Source: Euglena gracilis (Eukaryota). Taken from it: 64,000 nucleotides of DNA. Numbering within the stretch: the stretch's first letter is position 1; every line of letters begins with the position of its first letter. Shown one piece after another: positions 18,155 through 34,960 of the stretch. Below the pieces are notes generated by a model, which worked only from the letters and a program-made list of their open reading frames with translations, made no database searches and was not told the DNA's origin. Made by a program: the position numbers and the translations under genes. The stretch is taken from NCBI GenBank assembly GCA_039621445.1, contig CP154954.1, forward strand, positions 1,302,001-1,366,000, in the 5' to 3' direction.

Positions 18155-18343
18155 AAAAAAGTAAAATCAAAGAAAAGTTCCTTTAATAAATTTGAAAAAA
18201 ACGTTGGTAAAAACGCTAAATACCGACTGTCAGCTAGGAAAGTATTTCTTACATCTCCAAAATGCCCTTTATCTTTAGAATATGTTGCAGAATTCCTTAA
18301 ATTTAGATTTATTAAAGTACGATACCATAATAAAAGGTTATAA
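18155..18343 (+). pseudogene. N-terminal Rep fragment, mirror copy
   Basis: YRLSARKVFLTSPKCPLSLE starts at 18221. Confidence 0.75.
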
Positions 18344-18598
18344 AAGTTGTTCCTGCTGACCTTAAACTAAAACCAATAAAAATAACAAAAACGTGTCCAC
18401 TAGGATTTTATTCTCGGTGAACTTTAAAAAAGTTAATAACATTTTAATAACAACTAGCTAACTAAATTATTTATATTTTTAATTAAATAATTTTATAATA
18501 ATTATACTAATAATAACAATTTAATAACAAACGTGTCCACTAGAATTTTATTCTTGGTGGACTTTAAAAAATTTTAATGGAATAATATAATAACTTAA

Positions 18599-20329
18599 TT
18601 ATTTATTAGTTATATTATCTAGTAACATACTAAGTAAAATATATAAGAAGTTCAAAGACCCAGTATATTCTCTTAAAAATAATGGCGATTCGTTGATAAA
18701 TTTGATTTTATATTTGGAAGGAATTTCATATTTTGTATGCTGATATATTTTAATTTCAGCTAATTGATTTTTTTTATTTGCTTTTAGCAAAAGGTTATTA
18801 AGAACATAACAAAAACAAAGACCTCCTAGTTTTGGTACGTTTGATATATTTAAAATTTTACCATTTTTAATAGTAGAAAAAAAGCTTTCAACTAAATTTT
18901 TAGTCCATACTCTTTTTTCATCAAATATCACATATATATTTAAATATAGCTGTGATTTTACTGCTTTACATTCTAATTTTAGATATGTCTCTTGAAGAAT
19001 TTTATCTTTGGAATCAGTATGTATTAATATTACAGGTTCTACCGAATACATTATCCATAGAATATCTTCACTTGTAATTAAATTAAGAAAATCTCTTATA
19101 AGGCTAGTATTAAAACTATCACATACGAAAATCTCAATTTTTAATTTTACAAAAAAAACGTTATTTTCATTGCTATAAAACTTAGTTAAACTAAACGAAA
19201 CAAATTTTATTTTTTTGTATGATTTTCTTACGTTCGTTAAGTTAACATTTTCATTCAATCTATTTTGAAAAGAACGTTTAACAGAATTTATTGTATTATC
19301 TGTAAGTGATTTATTAGTAATTATATTATAAATTTCTCCTTGATTAATATCGTCAATATTTTTATTTTGCCACGGTTTAATTGATTTATATAAAAATTGT
19401 TTAAGGATTCTATCAATAGACATCCAATTAAAATACCACTCTATTTCATTATTGTTCTTTTTTTTTTTATAAGTACAAATAAAAACATCCGAATATTTTG
19501 GTTTACTTTGAGAATTTAAAATATTTATTTCTAGAATTAATAATTCTAAAATATAATTGCAAAATAAATCTCTTATTTTTTTCCCTTTATTGTTAATATT
19601 TATTAAATCCTCACACTTTTTTGTATATTTTTCGGTTATTGCTAAAAATTCTGAATCCTCGAAAAAGCTCTTAATTTCAAATTGTTTTTCTTTTTTTATT
19701 TCTATTTTTTCTATTTCTTCGTCATTATCGATTTTTTTTGCTAAAACAGTTTTTCTTTTTTCTTTATCAATCTCTTCCGGACCTTTTTTTAAAACTTCAA
19801 GGAAAATTTTAGGTAGAAAATAATTTCCCCTTGCTTTCTCAATTAAATTATATTGAGTAATAAATTTAAAACTTAAACAGTTATTATTTTTAGATTCATA
19901 GCGCGGTATTCTATTCCAAAAAAGTTCCTCTTCGGGGTCTCGGCAATTAATAATAAAACCACCAACATTGCCAGGACTATCCCCTTTAGCTTTTTCGATA
20001 CTTATAATTGTATTTTTATCAAAACTAAACAAGTCTTCTAAATATTTTGGCCGACAATTTTTCTTTAGTTCGAGGTAAGCTTTAATAAAAATATCGGTTT
20101 CTTTCTGAAAATCCACGTATTTGCATATGGTATACATAATAAAAGAAATTTTATCGTCGTTTATTATTGCATGCCATTTTTTAATAAAAGAATAATCCAT
20201 TTCTATTAAAGATTGAAAATTTGTCCTTATTAAAATTCTCCAATTACGTGTTATATTATAACTACCATAATATCTCGAACTTGTGGTGTTAATTTTGAAT
20301 TTGTATTTTTTTCTTAATTTTTGAACCAT
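18599..20329 (-). CDS. 576-aa hypothetical protein, mirror copy
   Basis: Same translation as 7803-9533. Confidence 0.75.
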   Translation of the reverse strand: MVQKLRKKYKFKINTTSSRYYGSYNITRNWRILIRTNFQSLIEMDYSFIKKWHAIINDDKISFIMYTICKYVDFQKETDIFIKAYLELKKNCRPKYLEDLFSFDKNTIISIEKAKGDSPGNVGGFIINCRDPEEELFWNRIPRYESKNNNCLSFKFITQYNLIEKARGNYFLPKIFLEVLKKGPEEIDKEKRKTVLAKKIDNDEEIEKIEIKKEKQFEIKSFFEDSEFLAITEKYTKKCEDLININNKGKKIRDLFCNYILELLILEINILNSQSKPKYSDVFICTYKKKKNNNEIEWYFNWMSIDRILKQFLYKSIKPWQNKNIDDINQGEIYNIITNKSLTDNTINSVKRSFQNRLNENVNLTNVRKSYKKIKFVSFSLTKFYSNENNVFFVKLKIEIFVCDSFNTSLIRDFLNLITSEDILWIMYSVEPVILIHTDSKDKILQETYLKLECKAVKSQLYLNIYVIFDEKRVWTKNLVESFFSTIKNGKILNISNVPKLGGLCFCYVLNNLLLKANKKNQLAEIKIYQHTKYEIPSKYKIKFINESPLFLREYTGSLNFLYILLSMLLDNITNK

Positions 20330-20936
20330 AATTATTCTCCCATAAAAAATTTGTCCAATTAACTATAACTATATTCTTTCAACAATAGTTTATTGTTGAC
20401 CTACCCAATTAATTTAACGCTTAATGCTCATACAACAAATTAGCTATTTAATAACAATTTAATAACAAGTTAGCAATAAAATAAAAATTAATTTGATAAT
20501 AATTATACTAGTAATAATATTTATAATGATTTTAATCACAACTTTATAACAAAAAATAACAAAAACGTGTCCGCTGGTATTTTATTCTCAGCGAACTTTA
20601 TTTTTTTTTTTGAAGTTTTGTTTTTGAATTGTTCATTTTATTCTCCCAAAAATAATAGAGCAATAATTTTCTAAATTTTTTTATTCTCCGGGCGGACAGA
20701 AAAAAAAAAATTTATTAAAAAAAAATTTTAAGTTTTATTAAACTTAAAATAATTGTTAAAAAAATGCCTCATGCTTTTCAAAATTAATTCGAACTTTTGA
20801 TGTCAAGAGGCATTTTTTAACAAATTAATGTTACCACTAATTTTCCGCCCTAGAATAAATATAACATATTTATAACAAATAACAAATTAGTAATATTTTT
20901 ATTACTAATAAAATAATAACATATAATAAAAACGTA

Positions 20937-22160
20937 TTAATTAGTATTTTTTTGATTATCATTTCCTTCATTTTCATCATTCATATTAGCTTTTTTTAAG
21001 AATTCTTGAATATAAACTTTAGTTTTACTTTCAAGTTCTCTGTATTCCTTTGATTTTTCCATTTCTGAATTATGAAAATGTGGGGGAAGTAATTTATCAT
21101 CGGCATTTAATTGATAAGGTAGTATGCCTTCCATTTCAATTCCTTTTTCTTTAAAAAATTGTTCCAAAACTTTATAAGGTTTTGACGACATTATAGCTTT
21201 TGGTAAAGCAGGAGATAAAAGTACTTTAACACTATTTTTTCGATTATGAACTTTTAACGTTGTTTCTAAAGAGTTAAATAAATTTTTTAGCTCATCTACA
21301 TTTTGATACTCTAAAATGCTAGAGTCTGAAAAAATTATCGCATCGTAATGACAAGTATTTCTAAATCGCAGTAAATCCTTAGCTTCCTTAACTACTAGAA
21401 GATAAAAGCCTTTGAATTGCAAATAAGATTCAAAAAAATCTATTAAATACCTAAGCTCACCGCCTAAAATTAAAAATACTTTATTTTCACCCATATTCAG
21501 ATAAGATTCATAAATGTCTAACATCCACCTTAAATCTCGAGGTATCACATAGTCATTAAAATTAATTTTTGCTTTAACTCCTAACCTTGTGCTTAAATAT
21601 ATGTTTCTAAGTCGTTTTTCAATAGCATCACCTTTATATACAAATTCAGAAGGTTTTTCTTTTTCAAACAACAACATAGCATCCGCTATCTCTCCTTTTT
21701 TTGCTAATTCAATCATCCTTTCTTCTAATGGACAATATTCAAAATATTTACCATACTTTTTCAAAATTGATGGAGAAGCCATGAAATTTTTTGAAGCATC
21801 TACAAAGTTAAATATTTGTTTTGTTAAATAGTCCAACAAATCTTTCTCGTTATTAACTGTTTGAACATATGCACTATAAGTTTTAGAATCAACATATATA
21901 TCAAAAAAATTTGCTGCCTTAGTGTCTATTTTTTTAATAAAAACGAAATATGAGTGTACATGAGGGTATCCGGTTTTATGAAACTATCTTACCAACGCAT
22001 AATCAACTAGTCCATATTTTACTTCAAATTTATTTTTAAAAAAATTTAAAATTTCTGAAAGATCTGCGGAACAATAAGAATAGGTTAAAAAAACTTTTTT
22101 TGATGAAATACGTCTCATATTATTATCAATGTTATTTTTGTTCGTATTTAATAAATTCAT
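20937..22160 (-). pseudogene. Geminivirus-like Rep with internal TAG, mirror copy
   Basis: Reverse complement of 5972-7195, same TAG. Confidence 0.85.
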
Positions 22161-22874
22161 AAAACCTCCCTATTTAATTTTTTATCATTTTTAAAAGACA
22201 TAAAAATTGCATTTAAATTTTTTTTAATTGCTACAAATTTTTTGATGTAGTAATCTGGCCTTTCTTTTTTTAAAAGAGATAGAGCCTTAAAAATATTGCC
22301 TTTTTCAGCTAGTTTTATCATGCGGTTCCAAAGTGACAACATTTGGTAATGATCATCTAATTTTACAGACAAACACGGACTAATTACTAACGAATCAGTA
22401 AAATCTTGTATACCATATGCTCTCTGACTTAAAACCATTTTTATTATATAATCGATAGAATATTCTTCTGACTTAGCTGCGCTATAATTTCCACAAACTG
22501 TAACCTCTTCACAGTCTTTTTTTAATCTCAAATCCAAAAAACGAGTCGAGCGCGTATCTAATCGTTTATCCACTTTAATGTAAGCATAAAAGTTAGCGGT
22601 TCTGCCTTTAAGGTAATCTCGTCCAACAATATAAGATAGTATTTTAACAATCCTTACTAGAAATAGATTTATTCGATATATATAAATTTAAAATAGATTC
22701 CATATTAATATTGTGAGATTCACAAAAAGCACGCCAAAATTCAGAATCTAAATTATATATTTTTCCTTTCTTTTTTCGTAAGGCCAAATAAGATTCTATT
22801 TGGTTTTTATTAAGAAAAGAACCTTTACCTTCAACGCTCTTTTCAAAGTTTAGATTATCATATTCGGATAACAT
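22157..22874 (-). pseudogene. Degenerate Rep paralog, mirror copy
   Basis: 138-aa ORF ends NREVL* with an ATGA overlap onto the Rep start; 76-aa ORF upstream. Confidence 0.7.
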
Positions 22875-23145
22875 AACATTTTTTTTTTACTTAAATTCTT
22901 GCCTAAAAGTCGAATTTTGAATTTTAATTTAATTAAATTAAAGAATAAATGAGTGAATCGAAACCAAAAACGTTTAAATCAAACTGTCAGTTTCAATACA
23001 CTAACTACACTATTTTATAGTTTAAGTAATAATATACTATAAAACAAACATAATTTTAAACTATTAATAATTGAAAAAATTTTTATTATAAAAAATCTAT
23101 CAACATAAATTAAAAACGTATAATTTAATAAAACAATAAATTAAA

Positions 23146-24968
23146 CTACTTTTTAAGTTGAGTGACCTGGAATCTAGCACGTGCTTTTTTTAAATTTAAA
23201 GTTAATTCAAATTTTCTCTTAATATCTTTATTCATTTCTAAAGCATGTTTAGATGAATTATAAGAAATCTGTGCTTGTTCTACATTAATTTCGGAACCAA
23301 ATTCTGCTTCATTGACTAATATAGTAACGTTATTGCTATTAATTAATGCAAAACCTCCTGTTACAACCAAACTAGTCCAATCGGAAGAAGACTTTTGACG
23401 AACTAAGATTATACCTATATCTAATCCAGTCAATATTGGAATATTTAGATAGAAAAAAATTTATCATTAAAAATTAATAAATTAAGTTAATTTTTTCCCC
23501 AACAATACAGTACGGGAGATTTAAATCTCATACGGCATTTAACAAAAAATCTTTTAAAATTTGCTTAAAAATTGACTAAAACTAAATTGTGATAGAATCA
23601 AAAGTACTAAAAAAAAACAAAAATTTTGTAAATAATTTACATAAAAATACACATTCCTTACCATTGCATACAAATTTAAAAATTTTTTAGATTCAAATAT
23701 TATATCTTACAAATTATGTTTATCAAGTATTGTTTTTAAAAAAATTAAAACTATTAAAAATTTTTTCTAAAACATGTAAAAACACTTTAAATAGTTATAA
23801 AATAACAGTTTAAATATATTCTTCTAAAACAAGACTTAAATATACATTTTCAAAATAAACTATAAATTATATTAATCTTAAAATTTTAAATTTTTCTTAT
23901 TTATAAAAATAATTTAAAAAAGTAAATTTTAAATTTTAGAAAATATTCAAAGCTACCACGCACAAACAAAATGTTAATGCAGAAAATAAAAATAATTAAC
24001 TAATATGGTTAAAAGTAAAAGTAAAGTTAAATCTCAAACAAGCATTTATCAAAAAATTATAATTAATAAAATTAACAAACGTTTTAATAATGTGTCACAC
24101 ATGGTCTTTAAGAACCCCCATCTGACCACTTAAAGTAGGAAGAATAATTTCTTCAACTCGTTTTTCCCAAAAAACTCTTTCAGGAATAAGTAAAGTAGAA
24201 AATATAAATTCAATTTTGAAAATTTTATTCACAAACTAAACAAAAATTGTTGATTTATTTAGCTTTTCAACATACTATCGCAAAAAAGGTTAGGTTGTTT
24301 TATATTATATAAAACTCTAAAACAAGACTTATTAAAACTAAAATGTAAAATTTTCTTTAGAATAAAAATTTATAGAAAATTAAATTAAAACCTATTCTCT
24401 TTGCTTTTATTGGTCTACTAAAATAATAAATAAATTTCAATTACCAAAAAATAAAATAATTTTACTTTTCATACAGAAAAGTTTAAAAAAGAGAATAAAA
24501 TCCCCAAAAACGAAAATTATTTAAAAAATTAACTTTTGAAAAATAAATACTCAAGAAAAAAGATTTAAACTAGAATTTAATGAAAAAAGAAATATATTAG
24601 CGAACTAAAATTTCTCTTAAAAAACTGTACAAGTAAAAAAAAACATACAGCTTAAACATTTAATTTTAAATAAAAATATGTCAAAAGTTTATTCTTTATT
24701 AAAAAAAAATCCAAAATAAAACCTATTTACGTTCTACTTGAAAAATTACTAAACTTATTAACAAATTATTGAAAATATTAAGATTAACCAATTAGATTAA
24801 CCAATTTTTTAATTAATATGAATAGCCAAAAACATACAATTTAAGGAAAATTTACTTAACTTAAAAAAAACACATAAATAAAATTTTATTTCTTATCTTT
24901 TATTTTAACTTATACCTAATAAACTAAAAGCAACTTCGTAACGTACTAATTGATACATCTAATGTCAT
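23146..24968 (-). CDS. atpE: ATP synthase epsilon subunit, inverted copy
   Basis: Mirror of 3162-4987. Confidence 0.95.
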
Positions 24969-25118
24969 TGTAAAAAAATTATAATTTTTCGTAGTCAAAC
25001 TAAAAAAACAAAGTGGAAACATTATGTTTACTCAACAAAGCATAACTAAATAAATATTAATAAAAGCTTTTTAAGTAAGATATAGTTAAAAATTATTTAC
25101 AATACGTCAATAATAATT

Positions 25119-28168
<3,050 letters not shown>

Positions 28169-28235
28169 TAAACAAGGCTCAAGGGTTCCTTATAATTAAG
28201 AAATACATCGTAAAAATCATAAACACAAAGAATTT

Positions 28236-30327
28236 TTATAAAGGTCCAGAAATGCCTTGTTTACGTATCATTAAAAAATGTCCTAACATAAAAGTAGCTG
28301 TTAACAAAGGTAAAACAAATGTATGTAAACTATAAAAACGAGTTAAAGTAGACTGTCCCACACTAACACTTCCTCTCAATAACTCAACAATAAAATTTCC
28401 AATTAATGGAATAGCTTCGGGAACACCTGTTACAATTTTAACTGCCCAATAACCAACTTGATCCCAAGGTAAAGAATAACCTGTAACACCAAAAGAAACA
28501 GTTAAAATTGCCAAAATTATACCCGTAACCCAAGTTAACTCTCTAGGTTTTTTAAACCCACCAGTTAAATAAACTCGGCAAACATGTAATATCATCATTA
28601 AAACCATCATACTAGCGGACCAACGATGAATTGAACGAATAAGCCACCCGAAATTAACTTCATTCATAATATATTTAACAGAAAGAAAAGCTTCTGTAAC
28701 AGTTGGACGATAATAAAAAGTCATTGCAAAACCAGTAGCTACTTGAATAATAAAACAAGTAAATGTTATGCCACCAAGACAATAAAAAATGTTTACGTGA
28801 GGAGGAACATATTTACTGCAAAAAATAGTCATTTAAAAAATGATTGTTTTACAACCCTACAAGATTAAAAAATAACTAATCAAATAATCAAAAGGCTTTT
28901 TATAAAAAAATTATTATTAAAAAATAGTTTTATCGATCTTTTATATAAACTTTTAAAAAGTCTCTGAATTATAAAAAATTTATTTAGTATTATAAAAACA
29001 ACAAATATAAATACATTCAATAAATATTTAAAAAAATAAAAATAACATTAAATAATTAAAAAACATATATATTTTAAACAATTTAGAACTTTTTAAACTA
29101 CTAATATTTTATCATAAACATTTTACTAACCAACAAATCTATAAAATTTCAAATAAAAAAGTATCTATAATTTAAAACATAAAAAATTTTATAAAACAAA
29201 TTAAAATGTAAAAAAAAATTTATTAATAAAAACAATTAATTATCTTAAAATTAAGACTAAATATTTATAAACTAAAGCATTTATTCATTAAGATTTTTGT
29301 AAATAAATAATCATAATCTAGAATTGAAAAATAATAATACAAACCAAATCGCACTAACATCGTCAGCAATCGCTTGAATCTCCAATCTTTCCTCGTACAG
29401 GTAAGCAAGCTCCCTTAAAAACAAAACAAGATATAGATAATCATTTTGCTTTATAATTCTTAAAAACGAATACCAGTTAAAATTCCATATTAACAAATAC
29501 AACAAATCGCAATTAAAATAAGAATTTTATTGAATTTTTTCCTACCTTAATAAAACCGTTTAATAGAATCCTAAATATTATTTTTTAATTTTGTAAAAAT
29601 ATAAAAGAAATGATATTCAAATTATTATATCTTAAAAAATTAATTCAGAGAAGCTACAACTTAGAAAAACACAACTACAATTATTTAAAATGAATTAAAG
29701 TATAACTTTATTATAATACTTTATTCGCAAACTGAAAAAATATTACTACATATACACAGCTTTTGTCAAAACTAAAATTATCTAAAATTAGATAAGCGAT
29801 CTTTATAACTCGTAACAAAAATAAAAATTTTTATTTTCTTTTGAAACTTACAGGTAATTTTAAATATTGATTCTTTTAAGAAATAACATTTAATTTAATA
29901 AAAATTAAAATATATAAAAAATATTATGTATTTCCAATTATTTTTAATCAATATTTAAACTTAGATTAAAATAGTACTTAGAAATTTTTATTAAATTTTT
30001 GATTCAAATTATAATATCCTAAAACAAAAACATAAAACTTTAAGTTAACCCTTTTTTCAAAAAAAAAATAGTAAAAATTATACTGTAACAAACAAAGTTT
30101 TTTCCATTACCGAAAAAGTTTAACAAGCAAAAAATTTGCTATTTAACATACAAATGCTAAATTACGGAGCAATAAAATAATTAAAATTTTATAAATAACT
30201 TTCTAAATTTATATGAAATTAGGCTTCAAACTATCAAATAGCTAAAAAACGCTAAGTAAAAATCTTCAGGAATTATAACCTAATATGCTAAATTCGGTCC
30301 GCACAACCAATCGTAAACTCGACTCAT
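28236..30327 (-). CDS. petB: Cytochrome b6, 2 introns
   Basis: MSRVYDW.../[30 protein letters not shown]...RKQGISGPL. Confidence 0.96.
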
Positions 30328-30591
30328 AAAAAGAGAAACTTATCAAACAAGAATTAAAATTTCAAGTATGCATTATAAAGATAAAAGAATTCATTATACC
30401 TAACTTCATGCAATATAAATACACAAAAAATTTTATATTAAAAACTTAAAATTCTCAAATATATACGAATATAAATAAAACACATTAAATCAAAACCAAC
30501 AATTTTCGAATTGGAATAAAAATTCTTTAATTTTAAAAAGTCAGCCAAAAATAATATACTAAAATAAAAGTAATATAAATTTTTATTTAAA

Positions 30592-30720
30592 ATAATATCA
30601 TTTTTATCAACTATTTTTTTAGGTTTTTTTATTATAAGTACAACAATATACTCAATTTACATGGGATTTGGTCCAATGTCAAGAAAACTTAAAGATCCTT
30701 TTGAAGAACATGAAAATTAA
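30592..30720 (+). CDS. psbN: PsbN (start codon unresolved)
   Basis: ...IYSIYMGFGPMSRKLKDPFEEHEN* C-terminal signature. Confidence 0.85.
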   Translation: MISFLSTIFLGFFIISTTIYSIYMGFGPMSRKLKDPFEEHEN

Positions 30721-30771
30721 AATAAAATAGGTAATTTCAAAAGAAAGTTAAAAATTATTAAATTTAATATT

Positions 30772-30984
30772 ATGACAACTATTTCAAAAAACAAAACATC
30801 AAATTCTAAAGGTAAAACAACTACTTTAGGAACAATATTAAAACCTTTAAATTCTAAATATGGAAAAGTTCTTCCTGGCTGGGGGACAGCTGGAATAATG
30901 TTAATTTTTATGACTTTATTCGCAATTTTTTTAACAATAATTTTAGAAATATACAACTCTTCAGTAATTCTTGACATTAAATAA
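30772..30984 (+). CDS. psbH: Photosystem II protein H
   Basis: [17 protein letters not shown]...EIYNSSV. Confidence 0.96.
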   Translation: MTTISKNKTSNSKGKTTTLGTILKPLNSKYGKVLPGWGTAGIMLIFMTLFAIFLTIILEIYNSSVILDIK

Positions 30985-31129
30985 AATGAAATAAATAACA
31001 AATTAAAACTGTTGTGAAAATTTCATTTTATTTATTTTTTATTTTTTTTTCTTTTTAAAATTTTTATTAACTTTTTTATAAGTTAATAAAAATTAAATCA
31101 CATCGAAAATTGAAAGATAATAAGAATAA

Positions 31130-32577
31130 TTATTTATTAATACGTGGAGATTCACGGAAAAAAATAGCAAAAAAAATAACGCCTAAAGTACCTATCAATA
31201 GTTAAGTAAGGAAACCCTCCTAAAAGAAATTTAAAAGTATTATACTATTACAAAAAGCTAAAATATAAATTATTAAATTCAAATAATATTAACAACTATT
31301 CTAGTAGTTAAAATCCTCATATATTTTAAATATATATAATACGTTTTATAAACTTCAAAAATATTTATGAAAATTAAAAATTATATAAAACTCAATGTAA
31401 AAAAAAAGACTAAAAATAAAAAATAATTGTCACCAAACTATGCTTGATATGTATATCACAAAGCTTTATAAATACACTAGAAATTTCTAAAAAAATAAAA
31501 TTAATATAATTCGTATTGAAGAAAAATTACATATTTAAACAATTATAATTGATTTCGTTGAAAAAAATGAAAAAAACACTAATAAAGATTAAGTAATTAC
31601 AGTAAAATAAAATTATACTAAAAGACCTAACAGAACTGCATTAAAAAGGAAAACGACTACAGTAAAAAAATAATTTACAAAAAATACAAATTTTTCATAA
31701 ATTTTATTGAAACTTCAAAATTTCAAAACATATCAATATTATCAACAAAAAAAAGCAATAAAATAATATTTACAACAAAAAATAATCAATCCAAAAAAAA
31801 TCATCCTTAATTAAAATAAAAACAGTAAAATCAAATATAAGGTAAAAAAAATTCCCTAAAGAACCGGACAAGCTAATTCCTAAGCATCTGGCTCACCCAA
31901 AAAACTAAAATCATCAAAAGAATAAAGATAAAAAATCTTTACCCGCCTGAAATGATATCGTGGACAATCCAAGATTAATAAAAAATTATCGATCAATTAA
32001 AATAACCATAAAAGTAATTATATGATACCTTTAATAAAAATTATATTTTTCAGAAATCGTTTCTATCCCAAATCATCTTAATAAAAATTAATTCAAAAAT
32101 AAAAGAATTAAATGTAATTACAATTTCCTCGACAAAAAGATATAACAACCGTGTAAAAGAACAAAAAAAAAAAAGCACTTAAAAATAATTATTACATTAA
32201 AATATCGAAATTAAAAATTACAAAATAGTAAAAATTTCCTTTTCTACTAAATTAAAATAAAAAAAATAAGAAAAAATAAAATAAAAATAATAAAATATAA
32301 ATTCACTACCAAACTATAAAATCTATAAAATTAGTTTTAATTGCTTAAAGTATAAAAACTCCATAAATTAAGTAAAGTAATATGCAAAAATACAAAATTA
32401 AAACATATAATCTTGTTTTGTCCTAGGTAAACCGCACAAAAATATACCCCACAAAAAATTTAATAAAGGCGTTTATGAAAAGTCTTAATCCACCCTTTTA
32501 TTAATTTAAATTTAATTACCTAAAGTAAAAAGAATACAACTTCGTAGCACACAGAATGTATAAACTAAAGCTTCCAT
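31130..32577 (-). CDS. psbT: Photosystem II protein T with large intron
   Basis: MEALVYTF/LLIGTLGVIFFAIFFRESPRINK. Confidence 0.93.
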
Positions 32578-32640
32578 AAAAATAAAAAATTTTCACAACT
32601 TTGCACATTTCCTAAAACAAATTTACTAATTAAATAATAA

Positions 32641-34700
32641 TTAAACTAATTCTTTCTTAGTTGTATCATCACCTAATTTTTCAAAAGTACCAAATTCAAT
32701 CTCTTCCTCCAAATCAGGGTCAATACCAGCAAGCAAATATTTAAATAAAGTTCTTGCCCCATGCCAAATATGCCCAAAAAAGAAAATTAAAGCAAAAGAC
32801 AAATGACCAAAAGTAAACCAGCCTCTTGGACTACTTCTAAAAACACCATCAGACTGTAAAATAGAACGATTAAAGTCAAAAATTTCTCCAAGCTGAGCAC
32901 GTCGTGCATATCTTTTCACAGTAGCAGGATCATTAAAACTTAAAGTATCGAAACTACCACCGAAGAAACGAACAGTAACGCCTACTTGTTCAATACTATA
33001 TTTAGACTCAGCACGACGAAACGGAATATCGGCACGAACAACACCATTTTGATCTAATAATATTACTGGAAACGTTTCAAAAAAAGTAGGCATACGACGA
33101 ACAAACAATGAATTACCTTCCTTATCAATAAATACTGCATGACCTAACCATGCAGTCGCTATACCATCACCATTATTCATAGGACCAGAACGAAATAATC
33201 CACCTTTTGCTGGATTATTCCCAATATAATCATAAAAAGCTAACTTAGGCGAAATAGCACCCCAAGCTTCTGACAAAGAACAACCATCAGATAAACTAGC
33301 TTGAACACGTCTTTCTACCTGAAAATAACCTTTATCCCATTGGTATCGAGTAGGACCAAATAGCTCAATAGGTGTAGAAGCAGAACCGTACCACATAGTG
33401 CCTGAAACAACAAATGCAGACCAAAAAACCGCAGCTATACTAGAAAGAACAGTTTCAATATTCCCCATACGTAAAAGTACAAACAAGCGTTGAGAAGGGC
33501 GAACTAAAACATGAAATCCACCAGCAATAAGTCCTAAAAGACCTGCAGCAATATGATGCCTTGATAGAAAATAAATTATTATATTTCCTCAAAAAAACCG
33601 TGCATGCAAAATAAAAATGCACACGGCTTTAATTAATAATAAATTTATTAATCAATTTTCCTAATACATTTAGGACAAATTTAAAGATTTTTAAAATACC
33701 TAAACAAATAATTATTAAATCTTTAAACTCAACTTTTTCCAAAATTTTGTAAATATAAATATCATATTCGAATCAAAGTATAAAAAAAAATTTTGAAAAA
33801 CAATTAAAGATATTGTCATACACAAAAAAGAAAAACAATACAAAATTAAAAAAATAGCTCTTTAAACACAACCGCACAAAACAAAAAAGTTTTATCAAGT
33901 TAAAAACTGCAATATTATTGCAAAAAATATACTAACCTAAAACAAAATTATTTAGGAAAAAAAATCTTTAAAATTAAAATTGAAAAAGGTAAAAGTAAGA
34001 AAAGTAAAACTTTTAACTAAGTATGAACTTTTTTCAACTCGCAAAAAGCAATTCCACGAGCATAACATAAATCCGCAAAATCAACAGCTACCCCAAGAAT
34101 TAAACATCAATACTATGAAAGTAACTAATCTCGGTAAAGAAACTACAAATTATATATCAAGGACTTTTAGTGTGATTTAAGTCAATAACCGTTTAAATCA
34201 TCCCCTAAAAAAACGACAAAATGTCAAACTTTGTTGCTAATGAAATTCGGGGGACACACTTATCCACAATTTTGCTAAAAAATTAATCTTATTAGAAGAA
34301 AAATTAAAAAATTATACAATTATAAATTAACTTATGGGATAGCCAATATTTAGAAACCAATTTAATTACAGTTAAAAAATTAAATAAGTTATAAAACGCA
34401 AAATTTCAATAAAATAAAGGTTTTAATTGTAATAATTTCTACAAATAAAATAAAAAACTTAAACGATAGGTGTAAACCATAGGATCAGTGTAAGACCAAA
34501 CAAAAAAAAACAGAAAAAGTTTAACAGAGAAGAAACAGAACCCACAGAACTCAGGACAAAAACGCAAAACCCAAATAACAAAAAAAAAAATACGAGAGAA
34601 AAAAGATGTCACTCAACACCAAGGGGAACGTGTCAAAAACAAACACCTTGGCGCCACAGGAGGAACGGCAAAACAGGAAGAGCAGGGAAAACGAGAACTG
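32641..34700 (-). CDS. psbB: CP47, partial inverted copy, degraded toward the fold-back
   Basis: Last exon readable with small indels; upstream exons garbled. Confidence 0.9.
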
Positions 34701-34960
34701 AATGATAGATTGAACCTGATAAAACAAATTTCTTGTTAAATGTTATAACAAAATCGGGTAGAGTGAAAAAAGGGATAGTTATTGTTTTATAGCATGTTTA
34801 TTGGGACCTTGATTTATTTCGTGATCCAGCTAGTGGTGATTTAAAGTTAGATTTACCTAGAGTATTTGGGGTTTATTTATTCTTGTGTGGTGCATTAGTG
34901 TTTGCTTTTGGAGTTTTTCTTTTTAGGGGTGTTCTGGATCCTGGTATTTGGGTTGCTGAT
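33700..34960. other. Fold-back junction 2, degraded sequence
   Basis: Error-rich versions of psbB exon/intron sequence on both strands; orientation switches at ~34700. Confidence 0.8.

Larger units (their letters stand above)
17332..23143. mobile_element. Inverted copy of the Rep-island
   Basis: Mirror of 4990-10800 (coordinate sum ~28132). Confidence 0.8.

Noticed and set aside
30717-31001. 94-aa ORF antisense to psbH (also 38757, 53666), and ORFs at 57896, 59339, 59915, 61974
   Set aside because: Overlap or shadow real genes and tRNAs; no independent features.
33980-34180. 66-aa ORF
   Set aside because: Lies in garbled junction sequence derived from antisense psbB.
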